Origin: an uncultured Rhodospirillales bacterium
GTDB taxonomy: Bacteria > Pseudomonadota > Alphaproteobacteria > Rhodospirillales > UBA2165
DNA length: 64,000 nt
Direction of reading: 5' to 3'
Assembly: GCA_905614355.1 (NCBI GenBank)
Contig: CAJQSN010000043.1
Coordinates: 3,701 to 67,700, forward strand
A program made the position numbers and the translations under genes. The notes below the pieces were generated by a model. The model was not told the DNA's origin, did no database searches, and was given only the letters and a program-made list of their open reading frames with translations. Of the stretch, positions 21,308 to 30,969 are shown in pieces; the first letter of the stretch is position 1, and each line of letters begins with the position of its first letter.

Positions 21308-22852
21308 GTGTTAGTTCAAAGTAGTTTGCAAACTATGGTCTCAGCAATAAAAAATTTCAGCGAACCCTCGAAAAATTTGAACGCAAATGAATCGAACTTT
21401 TCACCATTTCGGTCCCAGCCCCATAATTTTGAGGCTGAAAAAGCATTACTAGGAGCGATCTTTGCCAATAACAATGCATATGACCGAGTAGCGAGCTATC
21501 TCCGGCCAGAGTGCTTTGCTGATCCTATCCACGGCAAAATATTTGATGCAACGTCAAAATTAATAGAACGTGGTCAAATTGCAGACCCAATCACCCTACA
21601 TAATTTTTTTGAACAAAATGGCTCTATCAAAGATGTAGGTGGAGCTCGTTATTTAGCTGAAATAGCAGGATCCATGGTTAGTGTTATAAATTCTGCTGAA
21701 TATGGCAAATCCATTTATGATTTACATTTAAAAAGACAATTAATTGAAATGGGTGAACAAGTAGTTAATCGCGCGTATACTCCTGAAGTTGATGACCCTG
21801 CTACAATGCAGATAGAACATGCCGAGCAAATATTATACGATTTAGCAACTACCGGAGAGATTGAGGGGGGGTTTCAAGACTTTAAGTCAACTGTAATTTC
21901 AGCCATAGAAATGGCCGAAGTTGCCCACAAACGGGATGGGCAACTTAGCGGCGTTTCAACCGGCTTACGTGACCTTGATCAAATAATGGGAGGCCTTCAT
22001 CCCTCGGATTTGGTCATTTTAGCAGCACGTCCTTCGATGGGTAAGACAGCACTAGCCACTAATATAGCATTCAATGCCGCTTATGATTATAAATTTAAGA
22101 TAAATGAGGATGGCGAGAAGAAAATAATAGACGGTGCCGTTGTAGGCTTTTTTTCATTGGAAATGTCCGCAGAACAATTAGCAGCGCGTATTCTTTCGGA
22201 ACAGGCACAAATTGCTTCTGATAAAATGCGCCGAGGCACTTTAACCAATGATGAATTTGATAAACTAGTTATTGCCTCCCAGCAGTTACATCAACTCCCA
22301 ATATTTATTGACGACACACCAGCGTTATCTGTCTCTGCTTTAAGAACCCGCGCACGCCGTCTAAAGCGAAATGAGGGACTTGGCCTGATAATTGTAGATT
22401 ATCTTCAATTAATGGAGGGATCTTCCAAAAGGGATAACCGGGTACAAGAAATCAGTGAAATCACACGGGGGCTTAAGACACTTGCAAAGGAATTAGATGT
22501 ACCAGTCCTAGCCCTCTCTCAATTATCTCGTGCTGTTGAACAGCGAGAAGATAAAAGACCTCAATTATCTGATCTTCGAGAATCTGGTACGATCGAGCAA
22601 GATGCCGACGTAGTCAGCTTTATATTTCGACAAGCATACTACGATGAACGTAATGAACCTGTTCAACGTCCTGAAGAATCGCCAGAAAAATTTGCGGGGC
22701 GCTACGTAGAATGGGAGGAAAGAAGTGAAAAAAATCGTTTTATTGCTGAAGTAATCATTGGGAAGCAAAGGCACGGCCCAACAGGGACCACAAAATTGCA
22801 TTTTAACGGGACATATACTCGCTTTGGCGATCTGGATACCCAGCACGTGTAG
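21308..22852 (+). CDS. dnaB: Replicative DNA helicase
   Basis: PHNFEAE-ALLGAI, AARPSMGKTAL, FFSLEMS, IVDYLQLM, LSQLSRAVEQREDKRPQLSDLRESG and KQRHGPTG; no intein; ATG about 27 bp downstream may be the true start. Confidence 0.97.
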   Translation: MLVQSSLQTMVSAIKNFSEPSKNLNANESNFSPFRSQPHNFEAEKALLGAIFANNNAYDRVASYLRPECFADPIHGKIFDATSKLIERGQIADPITLHNFFEQNGSIKDVGGARYLAEIAGSMVSVINSAEYGKSIYDLHLKRQLIEMGEQVVNRAYTPEVDDPATMQIEHAEQILYDLATTGEIEGGFQDFKSTVISAIEMAEVAHKRDGQLSGVSTGLRDLDQIMGGLHPSDLVILAARPSMGKTALATNIAFNAAYDYKFKINEDGEKKIIDGAVVGFFSLEMSAEQLAARILSEQAQIASDKMRRGTLTNDEFDKLVIASQQLHQLPIFIDDTPALSVSALRTRARRLKRNEGLGLIIVDYLQLMEGSSKRDNRVQEISEITRGLKTLAKELDVPVLALSQLSRAVEQREDKRPQLSDLRESGTIEQDADVVSFIFRQAYYDERNEPVQRPEESPEKFAGRYVEWEERSEKNRFIAEVIIGKQRHGPTGTTKLHFNGTYTRFGDLDTQHV

Positions 22853-23037
22853 TACTACTTAAAAAATATATTGCCCCTGGTTTGCGAACGAAGTGGTCTA
22901 CTTACCATCAAGCCACGGTCTAACGAGCGTAAAATCCTAGAAAATCAGATTTTTTATTAATTTTTTACAGTGAAACAAATATATCTTTATCTTTAATTGA
23001 TATATCTTTACGGGAGTATCAATAAGGAAAGCATAAA

Positions 23038-24117
23038 ATGAGCCACTCCTCATATTTAGGAGCTAATCTGACCATCAATTTGGCTGCATTGGGTGAAAAT
23101 TATCGCATTTTAACAGGTGAGTCATCACCCGCGAAGCTAGCAGCAGTAGTTAAGGCTAATGCTTACGGGCTTGGAATAAAAGAGGTCGCTACCACCCTGT
23201 CAGGTGCAGGTTGTATGATATTTTTTGTTGCTACATTAGATGAGGGCATTGAATTAAGACAGATACTACCTAATGCAAGAATTTATGTCTTCCATGGTGC
23301 CCTTTCTGGAACGGCAGAGGAGTTGGTTGCCAACTCTTTGATTCCGGTACTTAACAGTTTGGTACAAATGGAAAATTGGCTACCATATGCCGACCATGCT
23401 GCTGCTCTCCATATTGATACGGGGATGTCACGACTTGGCTTAACACCAGAAGAATGTAATAAAATACCCTTTATAACATCTTACAATATTGATCTTGTAA
23501 TGAGCCACCTCTCTTGTGCTGAAGACAAAAATCACCCAAAGAATTTACAGCAACTCTCTTTGTTTAAAAAACTCCGAAAATTCATACCTTCACAGTACGC
23601 TAGTTTAGCTGCCAGCTCTGGTATTTTTTTAGGCACAGGTTACCATTTTGATCTATGTAGAGCTGGAATTTGCCTTTATGGAATAAACCCAACGCCATTG
23701 TCTCCTAATCCTTTAACACAAGTGGTTCGCCTACAAGCAAAAATCATACAAATCCGTTACGTTGACAGCCCTCAGACCGTTGGCTATGGTGCAAGTCATC
23801 GGGTAATGAAGCCAACAAAAATAGCTACTCTAGCCATAGGTTATGCTGACGGATATATGCGTAGTCTGGGAAATTCGGGTGTAGCTTTCATTGAAAATTA
23901 TAAAGTACCTGTAGTGGGGCGTATTTCTATGGATTTAACCACGGTCGACATATCAAATGTTCCAGACCACCTATTATCGAGTAAAACCGCGGTTGACCTA
24001 ATAGGCCCGAACAATCCAATAGATAAAATAGCAAAACAAGCCGGTACCATTAGCTATGAACTCTTGACTAGCTTTGGTAATCGTATTGAACGCAATTATA
24101 AATCTGGGAAAGAATAG
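23038..24117 (+). CDS. alr: Alanine racemase
   Basis: AVVKANAYGLG (PLP Lys), HIDTGMSRLG, MSHL-CA, GYADG, GRISMD and TISYELL. Confidence 0.96.
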   Translation: MSHSSYLGANLTINLAALGENYRILTGESSPAKLAAVVKANAYGLGIKEVATTLSGAGCMIFFVATLDEGIELRQILPNARIYVFHGALSGTAEELVANSLIPVLNSLVQMENWLPYADHAAALHIDTGMSRLGLTPEECNKIPFITSYNIDLVMSHLSCAEDKNHPKNLQQLSLFKKLRKFIPSQYASLAASSGIFLGTGYHFDLCRAGICLYGINPTPLSPNPLTQVVRLQAKIIQIRYVDSPQTVGYGASHRVMKPTKIATLAIGYADGYMRSLGNSGVAFIENYKVPVVGRISMDLTTVDISNVPDHLLSSKTAVDLIGPNNPIDKIAKQAGTISYELLTSFGNRIERNYKSGKE

Positions 24118-24123
24118 AACTTA

Positions 24124-24374
24124 ATGAGCTTCCTTCAATTTATTGGCAGTGTAGCATTCTCTTTCCTAATACCCGATAGGTCACTTAGTACTATTTACCG
24201 GTCGCCCCCTAAAATTTGCCATAACGCCCCCATTAAAATCAAGTGATACATGATGGCAAAAATATTTGGACGGGTCCCGCGGAAGATATTGATACCGCTC
24301 CCAACGATTTTGTACAACAATTTATCTTTAGCCAAATTGAGAGCTCAATAGAGAATAAAGCGCAAGCCTACTAA
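24124..24374 (+). pseudogene. Deletion scar: 5' remnant of MlaE-family permease joined to 3' remnant of MlaF-family ATPase
   Basis: ATG at 24124 gives MSFLQFIGSVAFSFLIP, then after a +1 shift IGHLVLFTGRPLKFAITPP (MlaE N-terminus-like); 24243-24374 gives VIHDGKNIWTGPAEDIDTAPNDFVQQFIFSQIESSI..* (MlaF C-terminus-like); lies where mlaE-mlaF normally sit, between alr and radA. Confidence 0.75.
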
Positions 24375-24385
24375 TAGGAATAATA

Positions 24386-25804
24386 ATGGCAAAATCTGAC
24401 GTCATCTATATTTGCCAAGAGTGTGGAGCCAGCCAGTCGCAATGGGGCGGCAGGTGTGGCTCTTGTGGTGAATGGAATTCAATCGTTGAGGAATTAACTA
24501 CTGGTTCGCCGCCTAAAGGACTGTCAAAGAAACGGGGCCGTAAGATTAATTTTGTTGAGCTTAAAGGTACAGAAGAAACCTACCCTCGGATGTTGTCAAA
24601 AATCGCAGAGTTTGATCGCGTCTGTGGAGGAGGGCTAGTACCAGGATCAGCTATCTTAGTTGGAGGCGACCCAGGAATTGGTAAATCAACTATTCTATTA
24701 CAAGTTTGCGTGGCCCTTTCGTTTGCCAAAGATGCACGCTGCGTTTACATTTCTGGTGAGGAATCAATTGATCAAGTTCGCATGCGTGCTAAGCGATTAG
24801 GGCTTTCAGATGCAAATGTAGAGCTCGCATCAGCGACCAGCGTTCGCGATATTATTACTTCATTAAATGATAATAATTCACCAACGGTAGTAGTAGTTGA
24901 CTCAATACAAACTTTATATGTAGATAATTTGGATTCAGCCCCCGGTACCGTGACGCAAGTTCGCACCTCAGCCCAGGAACTTATAAGCCTCGCCAAACGA
25001 CGTGGCTTCGCATTATTCTTAGTCGGCCACGTAACCAAAGAAGGTAATATTGCAGGGCCTAAAGTCCTCGAACATATGGTCGATTGTGTACTTTATTTTG
25101 AGGGTGAGCGTGGCCACCAGTTCCGTATACTCAGAGCTGTCAAAAATCGCTTCGGCTCCGCTGACGAAATTGGTGTTTTTGAAATGACAGATATAGGTTT
25201 ATCTCAAGTGGAAAATCCCTCTGCTCTGTTTATAGCTGATCGAGAAAACGGGGTTAGCGGTGCCAGTGTCTTTGCTGGTATCGAGGGTAGTCGGCCAATG
25301 TTAGTAGAAATTCAAGCCTTAACAGCACCAACAGCATTTGGCACGCCGCGGCGTGCGGTAATTGGATGGGACTCCAACCGGTTATCTATGGTGTTAGCGG
25401 TCTTAGAGGCAAGATGTGGCGTATCGATTAGTGGTCATGATATTTACCTAAATGTGGCTGGTGGGTTACGCATTACTGAACCAGCAGCTGATTTAGCAGT
25501 CGCAGCAGCATTGGTTTCATCTCTTACCGATGTTCCCGTTCCCCAAGAAATGGTTGTTTTTGGTGAAATAGGTCTTTCTGGCGAAGTCCGACGCGTAAGC
25601 CAAAGCGGTGCCCGTCTTAAGGAGGCCGAGAAATTAGGGTTTAATGGTGCTATGACGCCCAAAGCACACTTAGGATCGAGCCCGAAAAAAAAAGAAATCT
25701 CATCCAGTTTAAATGTGATACGAATTAAGCATTTGGAACAGTTACTCAACTATATGCGTATTGAAGGTGAAAAAAAATTGCCAAAAAACGAAATAACTAA
25801 TTAA
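24386..25804 (+). CDS. radA: DNA repair protein RadA/Sms
   Basis: C4 zinc finger (CQECG..W-GRC-SCGEWN), GGDPGIGKST, KNRFG and Lon-like C-terminal domain. Confidence 0.97.
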   Translation: MAKSDVIYICQECGASQSQWGGRCGSCGEWNSIVEELTTGSPPKGLSKKRGRKINFVELKGTEETYPRMLSKIAEFDRVCGGGLVPGSAILVGGDPGIGKSTILLQVCVALSFAKDARCVYISGEESIDQVRMRAKRLGLSDANVELASATSVRDIITSLNDNNSPTVVVVDSIQTLYVDNLDSAPGTVTQVRTSAQELISLAKRRGFALFLVGHVTKEGNIAGPKVLEHMVDCVLYFEGERGHQFRILRAVKNRFGSADEIGVFEMTDIGLSQVENPSALFIADRENGVSGASVFAGIEGSRPMLVEIQALTAPTAFGTPRRAVIGWDSNRLSMVLAVLEARCGVSISGHDIYLNVAGGLRITEPAADLAVAAALVSSLTDVPVPQEMVVFGEIGLSGEVRRVSQSGARLKEAEKLGFNGAMTPKAHLGSSPKKKEISSSLNVIRIKHLEQLLNYMRIEGEKKLPKNEITN

Positions 25805-25811
25805 AGTTAAG

Positions 25812-26492
25812 GTGTTTATCTCAGTGGAAAATTTTTCAATTAATTTTGTTGACGCCGGCTTAATTGCATTATTAATCCTAAGTGCAATAACAGGTCTAAT
25901 TCTTGGATTTGTTAGAAGCGGACTTTTTGTGATGTCATGGTTAGGTGCGGCCATAACTACTTTTATATTTTTTCCATACATGAAGCCCTACTCACGTCAA
26001 TATATTGAACACAATTTTTTTGCGGATATCACTGCTGGACTTATTATATTTATAGTAACACTAATCATATTTTTTTTAATAAGTTCCGTCGTTGGGGGGT
26101 GGGTCCGTAATTCTCGCCTTAATGCCCTTGATCGATCACTAGGAATGCTAGCTGGAATTATCACTTCAAGTATTATTATGGCAGCGGGCTATATTTTAGT
26201 TGAAAGAATTTGGCCACTTAAAAAACAACCTGTTTGGGTGTTAGAGGCAAAGGCGCTTCCTTTGGTTCGCAAAGGCGCTCAAGCTCTAAATAGTCTATTA
26301 CCTGAGCAGTTCCAGATTGAGGCGACCAAAGTAATGCGATCTAAAGCATCGGGAACTCGGAAGCTGATTGAAAGAGAAGCATATGAAAGATTTATTAGCC
26401 CAAATAATAAAAAACTAAAAACCTTAGATCGCTCCGGATATGATAAAAAAGAAAGGCGTGGCATTGAAAACTTACTCAATAGGACACAGTAA
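25812..26492 (+). CDS. cvpA: CvpA (colicin V production) family membrane protein
   Basis: D..LI...SA..G...GFVR and LDRSLGMLAG; radA-cvpA-purF synteny. Confidence 0.88.
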   Translation: MFISVENFSINFVDAGLIALLILSAITGLILGFVRSGLFVMSWLGAAITTFIFFPYMKPYSRQYIEHNFFADITAGLIIFIVTLIIFFLISSVVGGWVRNSRLNALDRSLGMLAGIITSSIIMAAGYILVERIWPLKKQPVWVLEAKALPLVRKGAQALNSLLPEQFQIEATKVMRSKASGTRKLIEREAYERFISPNNKKLKTLDRSGYDKKERRGIENLLNRTQ

Positions 26493-26501
26493 AATCAGTC
26501 A

Positions 26502-27965
26502 ATGATTCACATTGAAACAATGACCGAAGAAGATGATAAATTACGCGAGGAATGCGGTGTTTTTGGTGTGTTTGGACACCCAGATGCAGCTACAATTACA
26601 GCACTAGGTCTGCATGCCTTGCAGCACCGTGGGCAAGAAGCAGCCGGGATTGTCAGCTTCGACGGAGATCACTTCCATGCTGAACGGAGACTAGGATTAG
26701 TCAGTGACCATTTTACCAAAACCAGCGTAATTGATAAGTTAATGGGTACTGCTGCTGTTGGCCACGTGCGATACTCGACCACAGGCAATACTATACTTCG
26801 TAATGTCCAGCCTCTTTTTGCAGATTTAGCAGGTGGCGGCTTTGCTATTGCGCACAATGGAAACTTAACAAATGCGCTTGGCCTGCGTAACGATCTAGTC
26901 AATCAGGGTTCTATTTTCCAATCAACCTCAGATACTGAAACAATTTTACAACTTGTTGCGCGATCTAAACAAAGTGATACCCTTTCAAGATTAATTGATG
27001 CGCTTTTTCAAATAGAAGGTGCGTATGCACTCGTTGTACTCACAAACAAAAAACTTATTGGTGTGCGCGATCCACTAGGAATACGCCCTCTGGTTTTAGG
27101 CCAATTAGATGGTCACTTTATTTTAGCTTCAGAGACCTGTGCTTTAGACATTATAGGTGCAACTTTTATCCGCGAAATAGAAAATGGTGAGATTGTTATA
27201 ATAACCGACAAAGGACTTGAGAGCGTCAAACCATTTCCACCCCTTAAAGCACGACCGTGCATTTTTGAATATATTTATTTTTCCCGGCCAGATAGCACGG
27301 TCGGGGGGCTTAGCGTTTATGAGTGTCGCAAAGCTTTTGGTGTTCAATTGGCCATAGAGTCAAGTGTCGACGCAGATGTAGTCGTTCCGGTTCCAGATTC
27401 AGGTGTGCCAGCAGCGATTGGTTACGCTGAAGAAGCTTCAATTCCTTTTGAGCTTGGTATTATACGCAACCATTATGTTGGACGTACTTTCATAGAGCCT
27501 AGTGATACAATTCGTCACTTAGGAGTTAAGCTAAAACACAATGCCAACCGTATTCTTGTTAAGGGCAAAAGAGTTATATTAATAGATGATTCTATTGTGC
27601 GAGGAACAACTTCTGTTAAAATTGTTCAAATGATGCGTGATGCCGGCGCCGCGGAAGTGCATATGCGAGTGGGAGCGCCTCCAATCACACACCCCGATTT
27701 TTATGGTATTGATACACCCGAACAAAAGCAATTGCTGGCAGCAAATCACTCTCTTGATGAAATGTGCGCTTATATCGGTGCAGATAGCCTGGCATTTTTG
27801 AGTGTCAATGGCCTTTACAAGGCCATGGGCCATGCCAAAGGACGTGATTCTCTAAACCCAGCCTACACAGACCACTGCTTTACCGGCGATTATCCCACAC
27901 AATTGAGAGATAAAAAAAATGATGGTCACCTCCGCCAACTATCCCTACTCTCAGAGCCAGACTAA
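26502..27965 (+). CDS. purF: Amidophosphoribosyltransferase
   Basis: Propeptide followed by EECGVFG, LQHRGQE, GHVRYST, HNGNLTN and IDDSIVRGTTS. Confidence 0.97.
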   Translation: MIHIETMTEEDDKLREECGVFGVFGHPDAATITALGLHALQHRGQEAAGIVSFDGDHFHAERRLGLVSDHFTKTSVIDKLMGTAAVGHVRYSTTGNTILRNVQPLFADLAGGGFAIAHNGNLTNALGLRNDLVNQGSIFQSTSDTETILQLVARSKQSDTLSRLIDALFQIEGAYALVVLTNKKLIGVRDPLGIRPLVLGQLDGHFILASETCALDIIGATFIREIENGEIVIITDKGLESVKPFPPLKARPCIFEYIYFSRPDSTVGGLSVYECRKAFGVQLAIESSVDADVVVPVPDSGVPAAIGYAEEASIPFELGIIRNHYVGRTFIEPSDTIRHLGVKLKHNANRILVKGKRVILIDDSIVRGTTSVKIVQMMRDAGAAEVHMRVGAPPITHPDFYGIDTPEQKQLLAANHSLDEMCAYIGADSLAFLSVNGLYKAMGHAKGRDSLNPAYTDHCFTGDYPTQLRDKKNDGHLRQLSLLSEPD

Positions 27966-27987
27966 AACGATGGGATTAACTCAGTAG

Positions 27988-28716
27988 ATGCCGCCTAATA
28001 AAACAGAAGGAAAATTAGAAAACCGTCTGGCTGTCATTACTGGTGCATCTCGTGGAATTGGCGCAGCTACTGCAAAACTTTTTGCAGCACAAGGAGCCCA
28101 TGTGATTTTAGTCGCCCGAACGATAGGCGGGCTTGAGGAAATCGATGATGAAATTCGAGCTAAAGGTGGTATTTCTACACTCGTGCCAATGGATTTGACT
28201 GATTATGACAAAATAGATGAAATGGGAGCAACTATTTTTGAACGCTTTGGTAAACTAGATATTTTAATTTCCAATGCTGGACTACTTGGCACAATTGGTC
28301 CAATTAACCATATCAAGCCACACGTTTGGGAACAAACCATCGCTGTCAACGTAACGGCTAACTGGAGACTAATCCGAAGCCTAGACCCTCTTTTAAAATT
28401 ATCAGATGCGGGGCGGGCTATTTTTTTAACATCTGCAGCCGCAGAATATCATCGAGCCTTTTGGGGCCTTTATGCAACCAGCAAAGCAGCACTTGAAATG
28501 ATTGTAAGCACTTATGCACAAGAAATTTTAAAAACTAACGTAAAAGCCAATTTATTTAATCCAGGGCGAACACGAACCAAAATGAGAGCAGAGGCTTATC
28601 CAGGCGAAGACCCAAATACAATTAAAACACCAGAATTTGTGGCAAAACAACTTATAAATCTGGCCCAACCAAACTTTAATCTAAATGGTGAAATTATTAC
28701 AGCAGACGAACCCTAA
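27988..28716 (+). CDS. SDR family oxidoreductase (YciK-like)
   Basis: TGASRGIG, NAG, YATSK and PG-TRT-MRA-AYPGEDP; usual neighbour of purF. Confidence 0.88.
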   Translation: MPPNKTEGKLENRLAVITGASRGIGAATAKLFAAQGAHVILVARTIGGLEEIDDEIRAKGGISTLVPMDLTDYDKIDEMGATIFERFGKLDILISNAGLLGTIGPINHIKPHVWEQTIAVNVTANWRLIRSLDPLLKLSDAGRAIFLTSAAAEYHRAFWGLYATSKAALEMIVSTYAQEILKTNVKANLFNPGRTRTKMRAEAYPGEDPNTIKTPEFVAKQLINLAQPNFNLNGEIITADEP

Positions 28717-28741
28717 AATTAAATCGCAAGGGAGTTTGAAA

Positions 28742-29416
28742 GTGAAAGAATGTAGTAAGTCAATAATGCGGCGTATGCACGAACCTAACTTTGCTAATCG
28801 TTACTTTGTGGGGCATGGTTTGGATATAGGCGGAGGCCCAGATCCCTTGGGCCTCTATATTGAACTTTTTCCGCGCATGCTTGGTGTTAAAGCTTGGGAT
28901 AAAGAAGACGGCGACGCCCAAATCCTTAAAGGCATTGAAGACGCACAATTTGACTTCGTACACTCAAGTCATTGTCTGGAACATATAGACAATCCGGCTA
29001 TTGGCCTCAGAAATTGGTTTCGGGCGGTAAAACCCGGGGGCCATTTAATAATTACTGTTCCAGATGAGGATATGTATGAACAAGGACAATTTCCAAGTAC
29101 CTGGAATGCGGACCATAAATTCACTTTCACTATTTCCAAGTCTAACTCGTGGAGCCCAAAGTCACTCAATATCTTAGATTTAATTTTAACATTAGGCACT
29201 GGATTAGAACTGATCAAACTCCACAAACTTGACGAGAGTTTTCGCTATACATTACCGCGATTTGACCAAACTCTTACACCAATTGGCGAATGCGGGATCG
29301 AGATTATCCTACGAAAAAGGACTAACGAGGAAATAAAAGATGGAGGAAGAATTCCACCAAAAGGTATTGTCAGCAAAATAGAAGCATTTTTACTTACAGG
29401 CTACCAATTAGACTAA
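28742..29416 (+). CDS. Class I SAM-dependent methyltransferase of unknown substrate
   Basis: GLDIGGG-DP motif I, FDFVHSSHCLEH and VKPGGHLIITVPD; GTG start at 28742 with GGGAG SD preferred over 28685. Confidence 0.8.
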   Translation: MKECSKSIMRRMHEPNFANRYFVGHGLDIGGGPDPLGLYIELFPRMLGVKAWDKEDGDAQILKGIEDAQFDFVHSSHCLEHIDNPAIGLRNWFRAVKPGGHLIITVPDEDMYEQGQFPSTWNADHKFTFTISKSNSWSPKSLNILDLILTLGTGLELIKLHKLDESFRYTLPRFDQTLTPIGECGIEIILRKRTNEEIKDGGRIPPKGIVSKIEAFLLTGYQLD

Positions 29417-29443
29417 TCAATCAACAAACAAGTACCGTCCGTT

Positions 29444-29800
29444 TTATCTGAAAAGATCACGGTCACCCGAAACATGGCCAATCGTTTTGTTCCCCTGGCC
29501 AAAGGGTAGTGGAGTAGTGTAACAATCCGCATCTCCTAAAGAATCATAACAATAGATCTCTTCCGGTTCAGATAGGTCATCTTCCTCGCAAAAATTTTGA
29601 CCAATTTGACGTCTGACTGTCGAACAGTTTTTACCAGAGGTAAACGAAACGATATGATCTGAAACAGTCTTCCCGGTGGTTACTAGCGCCACTCCATCAG
29701 CTGCCATCGTTCCTTTCATATTAAATGGGGAGTTGCTAATAACAGAACACCCACCAATTAATGCTGACACCAAAAAAAATAGCCCTACGAGCAAACTCAT
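29444..29800 (-). CDS. Hypothetical Cys-rich lipoprotein
   Basis: Hydrophobic leader with lipobox IGG-C and four further Cys (NCS, FC, YCY, DCY). Confidence 0.7.
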   Translation of the reverse strand: MSLLVGLFFLVSALIGGCSVISNSPFNMKGTMAADGVALVTTGKTVSDHIVSFTSGKNCSTVRRQIGQNFCEEDDLSEPEEIYCYDSLGDADCYTTPLPFGQGNKTIGHVSGDRDLFR

Positions 29801-30265
29801 ATTCTTCCACCAAATACGTTATTAATTAAAATCTGACTATTAGTTATACACTGTTACACTTAAAAAAAAATTAATAAATGAACGTATATTACTCATATTC
29901 AAAAAAGCTAGTGTATAAATATATAACGCAATGGATTCTCATTTGAAATTTATTAAATTTATACTTAATGGTTATGAACGACTAATCAGAACAATCAAAA
30001 TTTTAAGCAGAACTATTTTTAAAGCGTATTATATAACAATATACACTCAAAACCGTTTGCTACTATAATTTGAATAATTTTAGCTAGCCTTTAACATAAG
30101 TATCGCTATTAACTATAAAATCAATATTCGATTAATTACTTGTAACGCGTTTAGCTTCGAAGTCGGTTCAAGTATTGATTTTCAACCTTTTCCGGTATAT
30201 ACGCGTTTATAAATTTACTAGTAAGTACCGACAGTTAGCTCCAACTTTGACGATAGGTTTCGTAA

Positions 30266-30940
30266 ATGTCAGATCGTAATGCAGAACAAGATAATTTATT
30301 TAAAGAAATCGATGAAGACCTGCGTCAGCAGAAATATGAAAACCTATGGAAAAAATATGGAAAAATTATAATTGGAGTTTTAGTCGCATTAGTTCTAGGG
30401 GTTGCATTAGTCAAGGGCTGGGAAGCATACAGCTTAAATCTCAAAACGACAGACAGTAATTTATTGTCATCTGCACTCAAGTCAATCGATCGCGAAAAAA
30501 CAGGAGATGCAATTGCTGTACTCAATAATCTTATTGAAAGCGGAAGTGCTGGATATTCCGTATTAGCGCAATTTAACCGGGCAGCAATACTGGTAAAAAA
30601 AGGTGAGAAAAAAGAAGCAATTAATTATTACCTAAAAATTGCCGCAGATACGCGTGTTGAAAAAATATTACGGGACATGGCATTGATCAAGTCAGCTTAC
30701 CTCGGCATTGAATATGAAAATTCAAATATATTTATAGAAAAGCTACCAAAACTTTTAAATACAGACAATACTTGGCGTCATAGTGCTAAAGAATTATCTG
30801 CTTTATTTGCACAAAAATCAGATAATAAAATAAAGGCTATTCAATTCTATAAAGAGCTCGCAGATGACCCAACAGCGCCAACGAGCATGAGATCACGTGC
30901 AGCAGAAATGGCAAAAATTCTTAATAAAAAAAATAACTAA
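30266..30940 (+). CDS. YfgM-like / TPR ancillary SecYEG translocon subunit
   Basis: F-EIDEDLR....LWKKYG followed by a single TM and helical repeats; upstream of bamB-der. Confidence 0.85.
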   Translation: MSDRNAEQDNLFKEIDEDLRQQKYENLWKKYGKIIIGVLVALVLGVALVKGWEAYSLNLKTTDSNLLSSALKSIDREKTGDAIAVLNNLIESGSAGYSVLAQFNRAAILVKKGEKKEAINYYLKIAADTRVEKILRDMALIKSAYLGIEYENSNIFIEKLPKLLNTDNTWRHSAKELSALFAQKSDNKIKAIQFYKELADDPTAPTSMRSRAAEMAKILNKKNN

Positions 30941-30969
30941 TCATCTGTCTTTTTCTTAGGACACATTAA

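Noticed and set aside
29860-29874. TTAA-N7-TTAA CtrA-like box upstream of the lipoprotein gene
   Set aside because: Formed around a poly-A run in very AT-rich DNA, so it is likely by chance; only conservation in relatives could rescue it
29931-30068. 45-codon ORF (MDSHLKFIKF...) upstream of yfgM
   Set aside because: No SD and composition typical of AT-rich non-coding DNA
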